Below the pieces are notes generated by a model, which saw nothing but the letters and a program-made list of their open reading frames with translations, was not told where the DNA came from and did not search any database. A program made the position numbers and the translations under genes. A DNA stretch of 64,000 nt from NCBI GenBank assembly GCA_046484745.1, contig JAWOIJ010000053.1:45468-109467 (forward strand). The letters run 5' to 3'. Each line of letters opens with the position of its first letter. Position 1 is the first letter of the stretch. Source of the DNA: Desulfobacterales bacterium (lineage in GTDB: Bacteria; Desulfobacterota; Desulfobacteria; Desulfobacterales; SURF-7). Positions 20,526-28,695 of this stretch are shown piece by piece.

Positions 20526-20675
20526 ACTGCCGGCCTCCAGCCCGTTATATATGAGATTATTTCGGGAATTTCCTTCATTTTGAAATGATTCTGTGATGAT
20601 GAAAAACTTACCACAGGGATCAGATTCATCCAATATTTATTCATCGAATTTTTTTTAAAGTTTTTTTAATTTCAG

Positions 20676-20704
20676 TTGACAAAGTTTAATTTATTTATTA
20701 GATT
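20676..20704 (+). promoter_or_regulatory. sigma70-like promoter in the GntR/MBL divergent region
   Basis: TTGACA (20676-20681), 17 nt, TAGATT. The surrounding AT-rich spacer has ttgacaa...ttgtcaa inverted repeats (20676 / ~20741) that could be the GntR operator. Confidence 0.4.
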
Positions 20705-20770
20705 GATTAAACTAATTATGCATATTGATATAATTAATTGTCAAGAAAATAATTCATGCGAGGTGAACTT

Positions 20771-21976
20771 ATGGCATTCCAGGGAGCTATTAAAGGACAC
20801 TTTCCGACTAAAGAGATCAACGAATCGAAAGTAATGGAGATCGCAGATGATATCTGGATGATCGAGGGCTATGTCTCAGACAGTTTTATCTTCAAGCCTC
20901 CCTCATCCAACTGTTTTATATTGAGAGACAACGATATGGTGCTGTTAATCGATACAGGGACATATCCCCATTACCGTGAAAAACTTCTGAAAATTCTTGA
21001 AAAATACAGGAAGACGGGAGCGAAGAAGCTCGTTCTCATGCTCACCCAGGGACATTTCGACCATGTCTGCAATAACGATATCATCCTCGAAGCTGGATAT
21101 GACGAGGTTCGTTTTTTTCTGCCCGAAGATGAAGTTGACACCTTTGATCTCTATAACCACTGGACAGGTGAATACAGGGAGGTCATGGATTATTACAATC
21201 CCTACAGAGAGATGACCTTCGCGTTTCCTACCGCGATGGTCAATATGGCCAGCAGGGTTTCGATGAATTTTACACAGCGGATGGTGGACAGAAGCATCGC
21301 CTCCCTTTTCAGGGGCATACGGACCATGTCTGAAAGTGTTGAAATTTTATCCAACACCGGCAGGGTAACGGTAAAATTCGGCGATGTGGAATTTATAGGC
21401 TGGGAAATCGGAAGATTTTTCGCTATCCATGATGCCACCCACAGCCCCGGTCATCTTTCATTTTACGATCCGAAACATAAAGTGTTCATCACGGGTGACG
21501 CTACGCTTGAGATTAATCCGCCGTTTTTCAACAGCAGCCTGAACAATTGCATTTCAATGATGAAAAAATTTAAGCGGTTCGCTGAGCTGGGTTATGTAAA
21601 AACCGCCACCGACTCCCACCGCAGTATCATGAACGCGACGCGTCTGATGGAGGCCGCCGGTCGGGAACCTCTGCACCGGCTCCAGGTGGTGAATACCATC
21701 GAAGGTAGTGACTGCGCGCAGTTTTACGCGTTTTTTGAAGAGTACTACACGGTATTAAGAAATGAGGTGCTTGCAGCCCTGAAACGGCGAAGAAACGCCA
21801 CGGTGCACCAGATCATTCAGGAACTGAAGGCCTCGAAAGAACCCTATATGCAGTTCAAGGTTTTTATCAGATTTCCAAAACTGCCGTCGCGGCTGGAAAT
21901 CCTCGTGGCAAATGTGCTGAAGGAGCAGAACATCCCCAGACGCAGAGAGGGGAACAAAATTATTTTTTCATTATGA
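20771..21976 (+). CDS. MBL-fold metallo-hydrolase family protein
   Basis: The beta-lactamase-fold motif region LMLTQGHFDHVCNND (QGHFDH at 21047..21064) has the first His of HxHxDH replaced by Gln. Later ATHSPGH and TGDA. SD GAGGTG precedes ATG 20771. Confidence 0.75.
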   Translation: MAFQGAIKGHFPTKEINESKVMEIADDIWMIEGYVSDSFIFKPPSSNCFILRDNDMVLLIDTGTYPHYREKLLKILEKYRKTGAKKLVLMLTQGHFDHVCNNDIILEAGYDEVRFFLPEDEVDTFDLYNHWTGEYREVMDYYNPYREMTFAFPTAMVNMASRVSMNFTQRMVDRSIASLFRGIRTMSESVEILSNTGRVTVKFGDVEFIGWEIGRFFAIHDATHSPGHLSFYDPKHKVFITGDATLEINPPFFNSSLNNCISMMKKFKRFAELGYVKTATDSHRSIMNATRLMEAAGREPLHRLQVVNTIEGSDCAQFYAFFEEYYTVLRNEVLAALKRRRNATVHQIIQELKASKEPYMQFKVFIRFPKLPSRLEILVANVLKEQNIPRRREGNKIIFSL

Positions 21977-22043
21977 GAGATGCCGCCCTCAGAGCGGTTA
22001 TATATGCTGTTCGTACAATAATCCGCGAAAGGAGGAAAGTGTA

Positions 22044-22232
22044 ATGCCAAACAGCATCCATATCCATCCGGCTGCCGGAAGTTCAGCGAAAAAATCAGGA
22101 GCCGATATCTGTGCTGAAATTCTAACGGGCTGCGGGATCGAATTGTTTTTCATTGAAGAGCACCGGCAGACCGAAAAGCTTAAGCAGGCCCTCGAGCTCA
22201 GAATCTTTAACCGGTTTATACAGACTGTATAA
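22044..22232 (+). CDS. small ORF (62 aa), possibly the N-terminal fragment of a larger enzyme
   Basis: Strong SD AAAGGAGGA 8 nt upstream. SGADICAEILTGCGIELFF weakly recalls the N-terminus of ThDP-dependent enzymes. The ORF ends inside a perfect 10-bp palindrome. Confidence 0.35.
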   Translation: MPNSIHIHPAAGSSAKKSGADICAEILTGCGIELFFIEEHRQTEKLKQALELRIFNRFIQTV

Positions 22233-22239
22233 ACATTGT

Positions 22240-22405
22240 TCGGCTCATTTAATCTTGACAATCTGTACGGCATGGCGTACGCTATTGAAAAATATGAGGT
22301 GAACTATGCCGACATTATCAGCCACTGAAGCACGATCAAAATTATACCGCTTAATAGACCAAACCGCTTCGTCTCATGAACCAATTGTAATTACAAGCAA
22401 AAGAG
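22240..22405. repeat. Copy 2 (intact context) of the ~165-bp yefM promoter/5' duplication
   Basis: See copy 1 at 16036..16200. Confidence 0.9.
22255..22283 (+). promoter_or_regulatory. yefM-yoeB promoter with overlapping palindromic operator candidate
   Basis: TTGACA (22255-22260), 17 nt, TACGCT. The spacer contains gtacggcatggcgtac (22265..22280), a 16-bp palindrome with 2 mismatches built on GTAC half-sites. Confidence 0.5.
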
Positions 22406-22548
22406 GTAATGCTGTTCTTTTGTCCGAAGAGGATTGGCGGGCAATCCAAGAGACAATGTATCTTTTGAATATTCCTGGTATGCGTGAGTCTATACGCGAA
22501 GGTTTAGAGATACCTGTTGAAGATTGCAAAGAGGAGCTGGATTGGTAA
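22306..22548 (+). CDS. yefM: type II antitoxin, Phd/YefM family
   Basis: MPTLSATEARSKLYRLIDQ...EPIVITSKRGNAVLLSEEDWRAIQETMYLL. 80 aa. SD GAGGTGA. Overlaps the toxin gene. Confidence 0.92.
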   Translation: MPTLSATEARSKLYRLIDQTASSHEPIVITSKRGNAVLLSEEDWRAIQETMYLLNIPGMRESIREGLEIPVEDCKEELDW

Positions 22549-22808
22549 ATTATAAGGTTGTGTTTACAAAACAAGCTCAAAAAGACGCGAAAAAATTATC
22601 CGCCTCTGGCCTCAAGGCAAATGCCGAGCAATTAATAGAAATTCTACGAGACAATCCTTATCAGACACCACCTTTCTACGAAAAACTTGTCGGGGATCTA
22701 TTTGGTGCTTATTCCTGCCGTATTAATATCCAGCATCGGTTGGTTTATGAAGTGATAGAGAATGAAAAAATAGTGAAAGTCATCCGAATGTGGACTCATT
22801 ATGAATAG
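22542..22808 (+). CDS. yoeB: type II toxin, Txe/YoeB family mRNA interferase
   Basis: NYKVVFTKQAQKDAKKL...NPYQTPPFYEKLVGDLFGAYSCRINIQHRLVYEV..EKIVKVIRMWTHYE. Start is either TTG 22542 or ATG 22524 (the track start). Confidence 0.9.
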   Translation: MVNYKVVFTKQAQKDAKKLSASGLKANAEQLIEILRDNPYQTPPFYEKLVGDLFGAYSCRINIQHRLVYEVIENEKIVKVIRMWTHYE

Positions 22809-22812
22809 CTGA

Positions 22813-22870
22813 GCAGAACAATGCCTTTCAGTCCGACTCGCTTCGCTCGCGGCTGAAGGCCACGTTAGCG
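22813..22870 (+). other. attC-like (integron cassette recombination site-like) imperfect palindrome
   Basis: gcagAACaatgcctttcagtccgac-tcgcttcgctcgc-ggctgaaggccacGTTagcg. AAC/GTT outer boxes, paired inner boxes with an unpaired base, GC-rich centre, 58 nt, 4 nt after the yoeB stop. Confidence 0.5.
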
Positions 22871-22919
22871 CAACAGCATCTCATTTAATTAAAGAAGGAA
22901 TAATAACTGGAGAGAAATT

Positions 22920-23246
22920 GTGAATAAATCTGACGAGGATAAAATCATTGACATATGTCGCAAAAGCGATGTTTCCATGATTGGAATTTTTGGATCCACG
23001 GCTAGAGGCGAGGCCACTGCATCAAGTGATATAGACCTTCTAATAAAGCTGTCCAAGCCGAAGAGTCTTCTCGCACTGGTAAAGCTTGAACGAAATCTTT
23101 CAGAAGCTATCGGAAAAAAAGCCGAAGAAGCCGGAATCCTCAGCCGGGCGCAGCAATGTACCCGCCAGATGATCGGAAATCGCTTTTCCGGCGGTATGGA
23201 CATAGAAGAAAAAGGACAGATTTATTGTTGCCTGGCAATCGCATGA
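22920..23246 (+). CDS. nucleotidyltransferase-domain (MNT-type) protein with a non-canonical C-terminus
   Basis: GTG start. GIFGSTARGEATASSDIDLLIK is the Pol-beta NTase motif (GS...DxD). After LSEAIGKK (A7 run at 23114..23120) the sequence no longer resembles the family. No HEPN/DUF86 partner follows. Confidence 0.7.
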   Translation: MNKSDEDKIIDICRKSDVSMIGIFGSTARGEATASSDIDLLIKLSKPKSLLALVKLERNLSEAIGKKAEEAGILSRAQQCTRQMIGNRFSGGMDIEEKGQIYCCLAIA

Positions 23247-23319
23247 AGATGGATTGCAATCCCGCCAGGCTCCATCACAGTCTCTTATACGAAACATTGA
23301 CGATCAAGGTAGATCCCTT

Positions 23320-23871
23320 ATGAATTTGCAGGTGCGCAAGGCACTCGCTTCAGACAGGCGTGCAATTTCGGATGTCGTCATTGCAGCATTCGGTGACGTG
23401 CAGGGGCAAGAAATCTCTGATTTAATTGTCGATTTACTGGAAGATCCGAGTGCGCACCCTGTGTCATCGTTTGTTGTGACTGCGGAGGATACGGTTGTTG
23501 GGCATATTCTATTCACACGTGCAAGGCTCAGACATTCTCAGCGAACTGTTTCTTCCACTATCCTTGCCCCTTTATCGGTACATCCGGAATATCAACATCA
23601 GGGTATCGGGGGGCAGCTTATTCAAGAAGGCCTGAACGAGTTGAAGGCAGCGGGTTTCGAACTGGTATTTGTGCTCGGCCATCCCGGCTATTACCCAAAG
23701 TATGGCTTTTCCGCTGCCGGGATTAAGGGATTTGATGCGCCGTACCCGATCCCGCCTGAGAATTCTGATGCCTGGATGGTTCAGGAACTTCATCCAGGGA
23801 TTATCGGCTGCGTCAGTGGTCAGGTAGTATGCGCCGATGCGCTCAATGATCCGAAGCATTGGCGAGAGTAA
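23320..23871 (+). CDS. GNAT-family N-acetyltransferase (COG3153-like)
   Basis: VHPEYQHQGIGGQLIQEGLNELKAAGFELVFVLGHPGYYPKYGF is the acetyl-CoA binding Q/RxxGxG/A motif with the family's typical tail. ATG 23320 (MNLQVRKA...). Confidence 0.85.
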   Translation: MNLQVRKALASDRRAISDVVIAAFGDVQGQEISDLIVDLLEDPSAHPVSSFVVTAEDTVVGHILFTRARLRHSQRTVSSTILAPLSVHPEYQHQGIGGQLIQEGLNELKAAGFELVFVLGHPGYYPKYGFSAAGIKGFDAPYPIPPENSDAWMVQELHPGIIGCVSGQVVCADALNDPKHWRE

Positions 23872-23970
23872 AAACGGGCGTATAATTGCATCCTGTGGAC
23901 TCAAGATTCGGATTTTAAGGATATACCGGATGTCAACCTGCCGGTCTTTAACATATAAAGGGTTCGAACA

Positions 23971-25500
23971 ATGGTAAAGAAAGCATCCGATCCAAAAAAG
24001 GATCTGCTGAAAGAACTGGATGAATTGCGCCGCCGGAAGAAAGAAATGGATGCGTTTCAAAAGCGTTGCCAGCAGGCGGAAGACGCTTTGCAGGCAATTG
24101 AAGAGAAAAACCGGGTATTGGGTGATAGTGCGCCGTTCGGCATCTTCACCATTGACCTGAAAGGGCGCATCACCGGCCTGAACCGCAAAACGCGGGAGAT
24201 GCTCCCGTGGCCTGAAAGTCAACCTCCCGAATCAATAAACATTTTTGAATTTCAGCCCTTGATTGATTCAGGAGTCAGTGATGATATCCGTCGCTGCCGG
24301 CAGACCGGAAAATCCATGATTCGCGATTATTCCTGCATCAACGATAATGGAAGTTGCCTGGAATTACGCTTTTACATAAGCCCTGTTGTCGATTCCACGG
24401 GTGACGTGTCCGGTGTCATGGCGTTTGTGGAGAACTTTACCAATTTGAAACTGGCTCAGGCAGCTGCCGTGGAAAGCGAAAAGCGCTATCACCTGTTATT
24501 CAAGTCAGCGCCCATTGCCATGATGGAACGGGATGCCTCTGAACTAAAAACCCATATTGAAGAGCTTCGTCAATCCGGTGTTTCCGATCTAAACCATTAC
24601 CTGCGGCAGCATCCCGAAGAAGTGCCGCATTGTATGTCACTCATTAAAACCGTTGACTGCAATGACGCGTTTTATGAACTGCTGGAGATAGAGGAGAAGA
24701 ACGTTCTGCGGTCGGGAATTCCTTTGATCGCGCTGGGCAGCGAATTTCAGCAGATGGCGAAAGAGATTATTCTGATGCTGGATCAGGGAACGATTCAACG
24801 GGAAAGAGAACAGACGATTTACACACTGACAGGAAAAGAGAAAAGTGTCCTTGTCCGAGCCCTGATTCTTGCAGGCCATGAAGAAACGTTCTCGCGGGTT
24901 GTAATTTCCCTGGTGGATATTACCAAACGCAAGCAAGCCGAAGAGACATTGCGAGCCAGTGAAAAAAGATTTCGTGAGCAGTCCCTTCGTGATAATTTGA
25001 CCTCCCTGTATAATCGGCGCTTTCTTTACCAGTCTCTGGCTGATCTGATCGAAACCGCCAGACACAATCAAACCCAGGTTTCCCTTCTCTTTATGGACAT
25101 GGACAACTTCAAGCAGGTTGTGGATACACACGGCCATTTAAACGGCAGCTATGCGATTCAGGAAGTCGCAAGCACCATCAAAAGCACTCTCGAATCACCG
25201 GCTTATGCCGTAGCCTACGCAGGCGACGAATTTGTCGTGGTTCTGCCGGGCCTGGACCAGCATCAGGCCGCAAGCAAGGCATCACAAATTCAATCTCAAA
25301 TTCAAGCGACAGATTATCTGCTAAGCAGAGGTGAATCGATACAGCTTCAAGCCAGCTGCGGCGTAGCCACTTTTCCCGAACATGCCTCCGACGTGGATTC
25401 GCTTTTATCCGCAGCAGATCACGCCTTGTTCTCCATCAAAAAAATCGGCAAAGGCGCCATCGGTTATTACAGAAACATCGATATTGTTTCCGATGTATAA
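23971..25500 (+). CDS. PAS-domain sensor protein with a GGDEF domain (motif AGDEF)
   Basis: N-terminal coiled coil and two PAS-like segments, then RDNLTSLYNRRFL...LFMDMDNFKQVVDTHGHLNGS...AYAGDEFVVVL. The signature pentapeptide reads AGDEF (25219..25233). Confidence 0.85.
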   Translation: MVKKASDPKKDLLKELDELRRRKKEMDAFQKRCQQAEDALQAIEEKNRVLGDSAPFGIFTIDLKGRITGLNRKTREMLPWPESQPPESINIFEFQPLIDSGVSDDIRRCRQTGKSMIRDYSCINDNGSCLELRFYISPVVDSTGDVSGVMAFVENFTNLKLAQAAAVESEKRYHLLFKSAPIAMMERDASELKTHIEELRQSGVSDLNHYLRQHPEEVPHCMSLIKTVDCNDAFYELLEIEEKNVLRSGIPLIALGSEFQQMAKEIILMLDQGTIQREREQTIYTLTGKEKSVLVRALILAGHEETFSRVVISLVDITKRKQAEETLRASEKRFREQSLRDNLTSLYNRRFLYQSLADLIETARHNQTQVSLLFMDMDNFKQVVDTHGHLNGSYAIQEVASTIKSTLESPAYAVAYAGDEFVVVLPGLDQHQAASKASQIQSQIQATDYLLSRGESIQLQASCGVATFPEHASDVDSLLSAADHALFSIKKIGKGAIGYYRNIDIVSDV

Positions 25501-25579
25501 AGTGCCTTTGAAAGAGCGGGTCCCTGTCCACGTGGTGAAACGATAATGTAATGAAAACAAGAAGGTGAGCAAACTCAAC

Positions 25580-26893
25580 ATGCGAATGAAATGGATTCGA
25601 TTGATCGTTCTACTGATTCCGGTGTTCTTCTGGTCGGTTCAGACCGGGACGGCGGAAATCAGACTCAGCCTTGACGATTGCATTGAAACCGCTCTGAAAA
25701 ATCAGCCGAGCATTCGTGCGGCCCAGGCAGATCTGTCAGCCGGCAAGGGCCGTGAAAAGCAGGCTGTCTCCCGCTATCTGCCCCGGATTACGGCAAGCAC
25801 GGGTTACTCGGAGGCGCATCAGGATGGCAGTGCCCTTGGGGAAACCGTTACCAAGAGCTACAGCACATCGCTGTCCCTCAATCAAACCATTTATGACTTC
25901 GGCCGGACCGGTAACGCCTATGATTCAGCTTGCCTGAGTACACGATCGGCGGAGTTGGAAGCGGAGCGGGTAAAGCAGGACGTGATCTTCAATGTGAAGC
26001 AGGCCTATTTTGATTTGCTCCAGGCTCAAAAACTTGTCATTCTCGCTCAAAAAACACTGGAACAGTCTGAAAGCCGTCTCAAACAGGCCGAAGCGTTCTA
26101 TCGGACCGGTTCCAAACCCATATTTGACGTAACCCGGGCCGAAGTAGAAGTGAACAGCATGCGGCTCGATCTTATCAACGCTGACAATCGTATGCGAATC
26201 AGCGGTATGACCTTGAACAACACCATGGGTGTCGATCCGGAAGGCCGAATCGAGATCGATGACAGCCTGACAATCTGGCCGGCCATCCCTTCCCTGGAAA
26301 AGATCAAGGCCGAGGCCATTGAAAATCGTCCGGATCTGCGTAAGGCTGAATCGGACATCGCGGCCATGGCAGCGCGCGTTCGGTCGGAAGAAGCGAATCA
26401 TCGCCCGGCTATTGCTCTCAACGGCAGCTATAACTGGGCGAACGGTACAACCGAAATGGGAATTTTCAAAGGGGATATTGAAAACAGCTGGAATGCGGGG
26501 ATCGCTCTTTCCATTCCCCTTTACGAAGGAGGTCTCACCTCCGGGAAGGTGAACGAGGCGAAATCAAACCTTCAGTCGCTCGAGGCGCAACGGGACACAC
26601 TCCGCCAGGCCATTATGGTCGACATAAGCAGATATTACGCGGATATGGAAAGCGCACGGGTCCGTATCGGGGTGATGGAGCGTTTTCTTCAAAAAGCAAC
26701 GGAAAATTTCGCCATTGCCCAGGGCCGATATGAGGAAGGCGTCGGGCTTTACATCGATGTGACGGATGCGCAGGTTTCATCGGTAAAGGCAGAGACGGAT
26801 TATGTACAGTCCCTGTATGATTTCCAGCTTGCTGCGGCGAGGCTTCTGAAGGCAATGGGAAAAGGGGAGCAACTACAAGGAATGGTGGAATGA
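25580..26893 (+). CDS. TolC-family outer-membrane efflux protein
   Basis: Signal peptide, then two OEP repeats (LSLDDCIETALKNQPSIRAAQ...; ...LEAQRD...). The track GTG 25565 is an alternative start. Confidence 0.88.
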   Translation: MRMKWIRLIVLLIPVFFWSVQTGTAEIRLSLDDCIETALKNQPSIRAAQADLSAGKGREKQAVSRYLPRITASTGYSEAHQDGSALGETVTKSYSTSLSLNQTIYDFGRTGNAYDSACLSTRSAELEAERVKQDVIFNVKQAYFDLLQAQKLVILAQKTLEQSESRLKQAEAFYRTGSKPIFDVTRAEVEVNSMRLDLINADNRMRISGMTLNNTMGVDPEGRIEIDDSLTIWPAIPSLEKIKAEAIENRPDLRKAESDIAAMAARVRSEEANHRPAIALNGSYNWANGTTEMGIFKGDIENSWNAGIALSIPLYEGGLTSGKVNEAKSNLQSLEAQRDTLRQAIMVDISRYYADMESARVRIGVMERFLQKATENFAIAQGRYEEGVGLYIDVTDAQVSSVKAETDYVQSLYDFQLAAARLLKAMGKGEQLQGMVE

Positions 26894-27990
26894 ATACTAT
26901 CGGCAAGCTGCTGAGAAGGAAATGGGTCTGGCTCCTGTTGATCGGGGCATTCGTTATCGCGGGATGGTGGGTGCTGGGCGGAAAGAAAGCAATCCCGGTC
27001 AAAATAACAGAACTCAAGCCCGATGAACTCCGCGTTATCGTGAATGCAACGACCACATCCACGGTCACGTCCGAAACAGAGGTCACCCTGTCGGCCCAGC
27101 GCACCGGACGGGTCGTCAAGCTTCCGGTTCAGGAGGGAGACATGGTCAAAGCCGGGGATCTCATTGCCCAGCTCGATTTGAGTGAGGAATCGGTTCAGAC
27201 CAGAAGCAACCTGGCCCAGAGCAAGGCGACCTATGAAGAGGCTGAAAAAAATAAAAACCGCGCGGAGGCTTTGTTCAACAAAGGCATGATCGCCCAGCAG
27301 GATCTGGATGCGGCACGCAGGACCCATGAAATCGCAAAGGCGCAATACCAGGCGGCCAAGGCCGATTCCGAAGTGAAACAGGAATACGCGATCATTCGAA
27401 CGCCTTTTGACGGCGTTGTCGCGAAGAAGTACACCGAGGTGGGTGAACTGCTGCTTCCGGGGAAGCAGATCGTGATGATTGTGGATCCGGAGAATATTTA
27501 TGTACTGGCCACCATCGATGAAGTCGACCTGGGCAGACTGCGCCTGGATCAGCCTGTCCGTATCACCATCGACGCCTTCCCGGCTGAAACGTTTCAAGGC
27601 TATGTGGGCCGGATATCACCCATTGTGAGCGGTGGCAAACTCGAAACCCGAACGGCGGATGTCTGGGTCTATTTCAATGAAAAACAGCCGAAGGTCAAGC
27701 CCGGGATGTCTGCGGACGTGGAGATATCGGTGATGACACTATCGAATGTCCTTTCCGTGCCTTCCCAGGCCGTCATCGAACGGGAAGGAAAAAAACAGAT
27801 TTATTGCGCCCAGGGAACGGCCCTGAAGCCGGGTGATGTGGCCGTGGCGAAATTAAAACCGGTTGAAGTGGGCGAGACCAATTGGAGTTTTACCCAGATA
27901 ACCGGAGGTCTTTCCGACGGGGAATATGTCATCACAACCCCTGAGGCCGAGGGGCTGCAGAACGGGGCAAAGGTGAAAATTGAACCATAG
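26890..27990 (+). CDS. efflux periplasmic adaptor subunit (HlyD/MacA-like membrane fusion protein)
   Basis: N-terminal TM anchor, lipoyl-like hairpin (VKLPVQEGDMVKAGDLIAQLD / IRTPFDGVVAKK), coiled-coil insert and beta-barrel C-terminus. ATGA overlap with the upstream gene. Confidence 0.88.
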   Translation: MNTIGKLLRRKWVWLLLIGAFVIAGWWVLGGKKAIPVKITELKPDELRVIVNATTTSTVTSETEVTLSAQRTGRVVKLPVQEGDMVKAGDLIAQLDLSEESVQTRSNLAQSKATYEEAEKNKNRAEALFNKGMIAQQDLDAARRTHEIAKAQYQAAKADSEVKQEYAIIRTPFDGVVAKKYTEVGELLLPGKQIVMIVDPENIYVLATIDEVDLGRLRLDQPVRITIDAFPAETFQGYVGRISPIVSGGKLETRTADVWVYFNEKQPKVKPGMSADVEISVMTLSNVLSVPSQAVIEREGKKQIYCAQGTALKPGDVAVAKLKPVEVGETNWSFTQITGGLSDGEYVITTPEAEGLQNGAKVKIEP

Positions 27991-28017
27991 AGACAAAAAG
28001 TACCCGGAAATTGTGCG

Positions 28018-28695
28018 ATGATCGAACTCGTCAATATAACCAAAACCTATCTCATGGGTTCGGTGGCGATCACCGTGCTCACGGATATTGTTCTGAACGT
28101 TCAACGCGGAGAGTTCATCGCCATTATGGGACCTTCCGGCTCGGGCAAATCGACCCTCATGAATATTTTGGGTTGCCTGGATCGGCCCACAAGCGGCGTC
28201 TACTATTTTGAGACTCGCGAAATCAGCACCCTGACGGATGATGAGCTGGCTTCGGTCCGAAACACAAAAATCGGATTCGTATTTCAGACCTTTAACCTGC
28301 TTCCGCGGTTTTCGGCATTGAAAAACGTTGAAGTGCCGCTGATCTACAGCGGCGTTCCGGCCCGGAGGCGCAGGGAACTGGCGCTGCCCCTGCTCGAAAA
28401 AGTTGGACTCGGAGAACGGATGCAGCATAAGCCTACAGAGTTGTCGGGCGGACAACAGCAGCGTGTGGCCATCGCCCGCGCCCTGGTGAACAATCCGCCC
28501 CTGCTTCTCGCCGATGAACCCACCGGCAACCTGGACAGCAGCTCGGGCGAAGAGATCCTGAAGATCCTGACGGGACTCAACCGCCAGGGAGTCACCGTCA
28601 TCATCGTGACGCATGATCCGGATGTTGCCGCCCAATGCAAACGGATCATCAACCTGAAGGACGGACGGATTCTGAATGATCAGGTGAATGCATGA
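28018..28695 (+). CDS. ABC transporter ATP-binding protein (MacB/LolD-type)
   Basis: Walker A GPSGSGKST, Q-loop, signature LSGGQQQRVAIARAL, Walker B LLLADEPTGNLD, H-loop VTHD. Confidence 0.93.
   Translation: MIELVNITKTYLMGSVAITVLTDIVLNVQRGEFIAIMGPSGSGKSTLMNILGCLDRPTSGVYYFETREISTLTDDELASVRNTKIGFVFQTFNLLPRFSALKNVEVPLIYSGVPARRRRELALPLLEKVGLGERMQHKPTELSGGQQQRVAIARALVNNPPLLLADEPTGNLDSSSGEEILKILTGLNRQGVTVIIVTHDPDVAAQCKRIINLKDGRILNDQVNA

Noticed and set aside
15850-23900. Calling the whole region a chromosomal integron
   Set aside because: There is no intI tyrosine-recombinase gene or attI in the window and only one reasonably convincing attC-like site. Large intact non-cassette genes (K+ channel, GntR, MBL) are also interspersed. 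It is kept only as a hypothesis in the findings.
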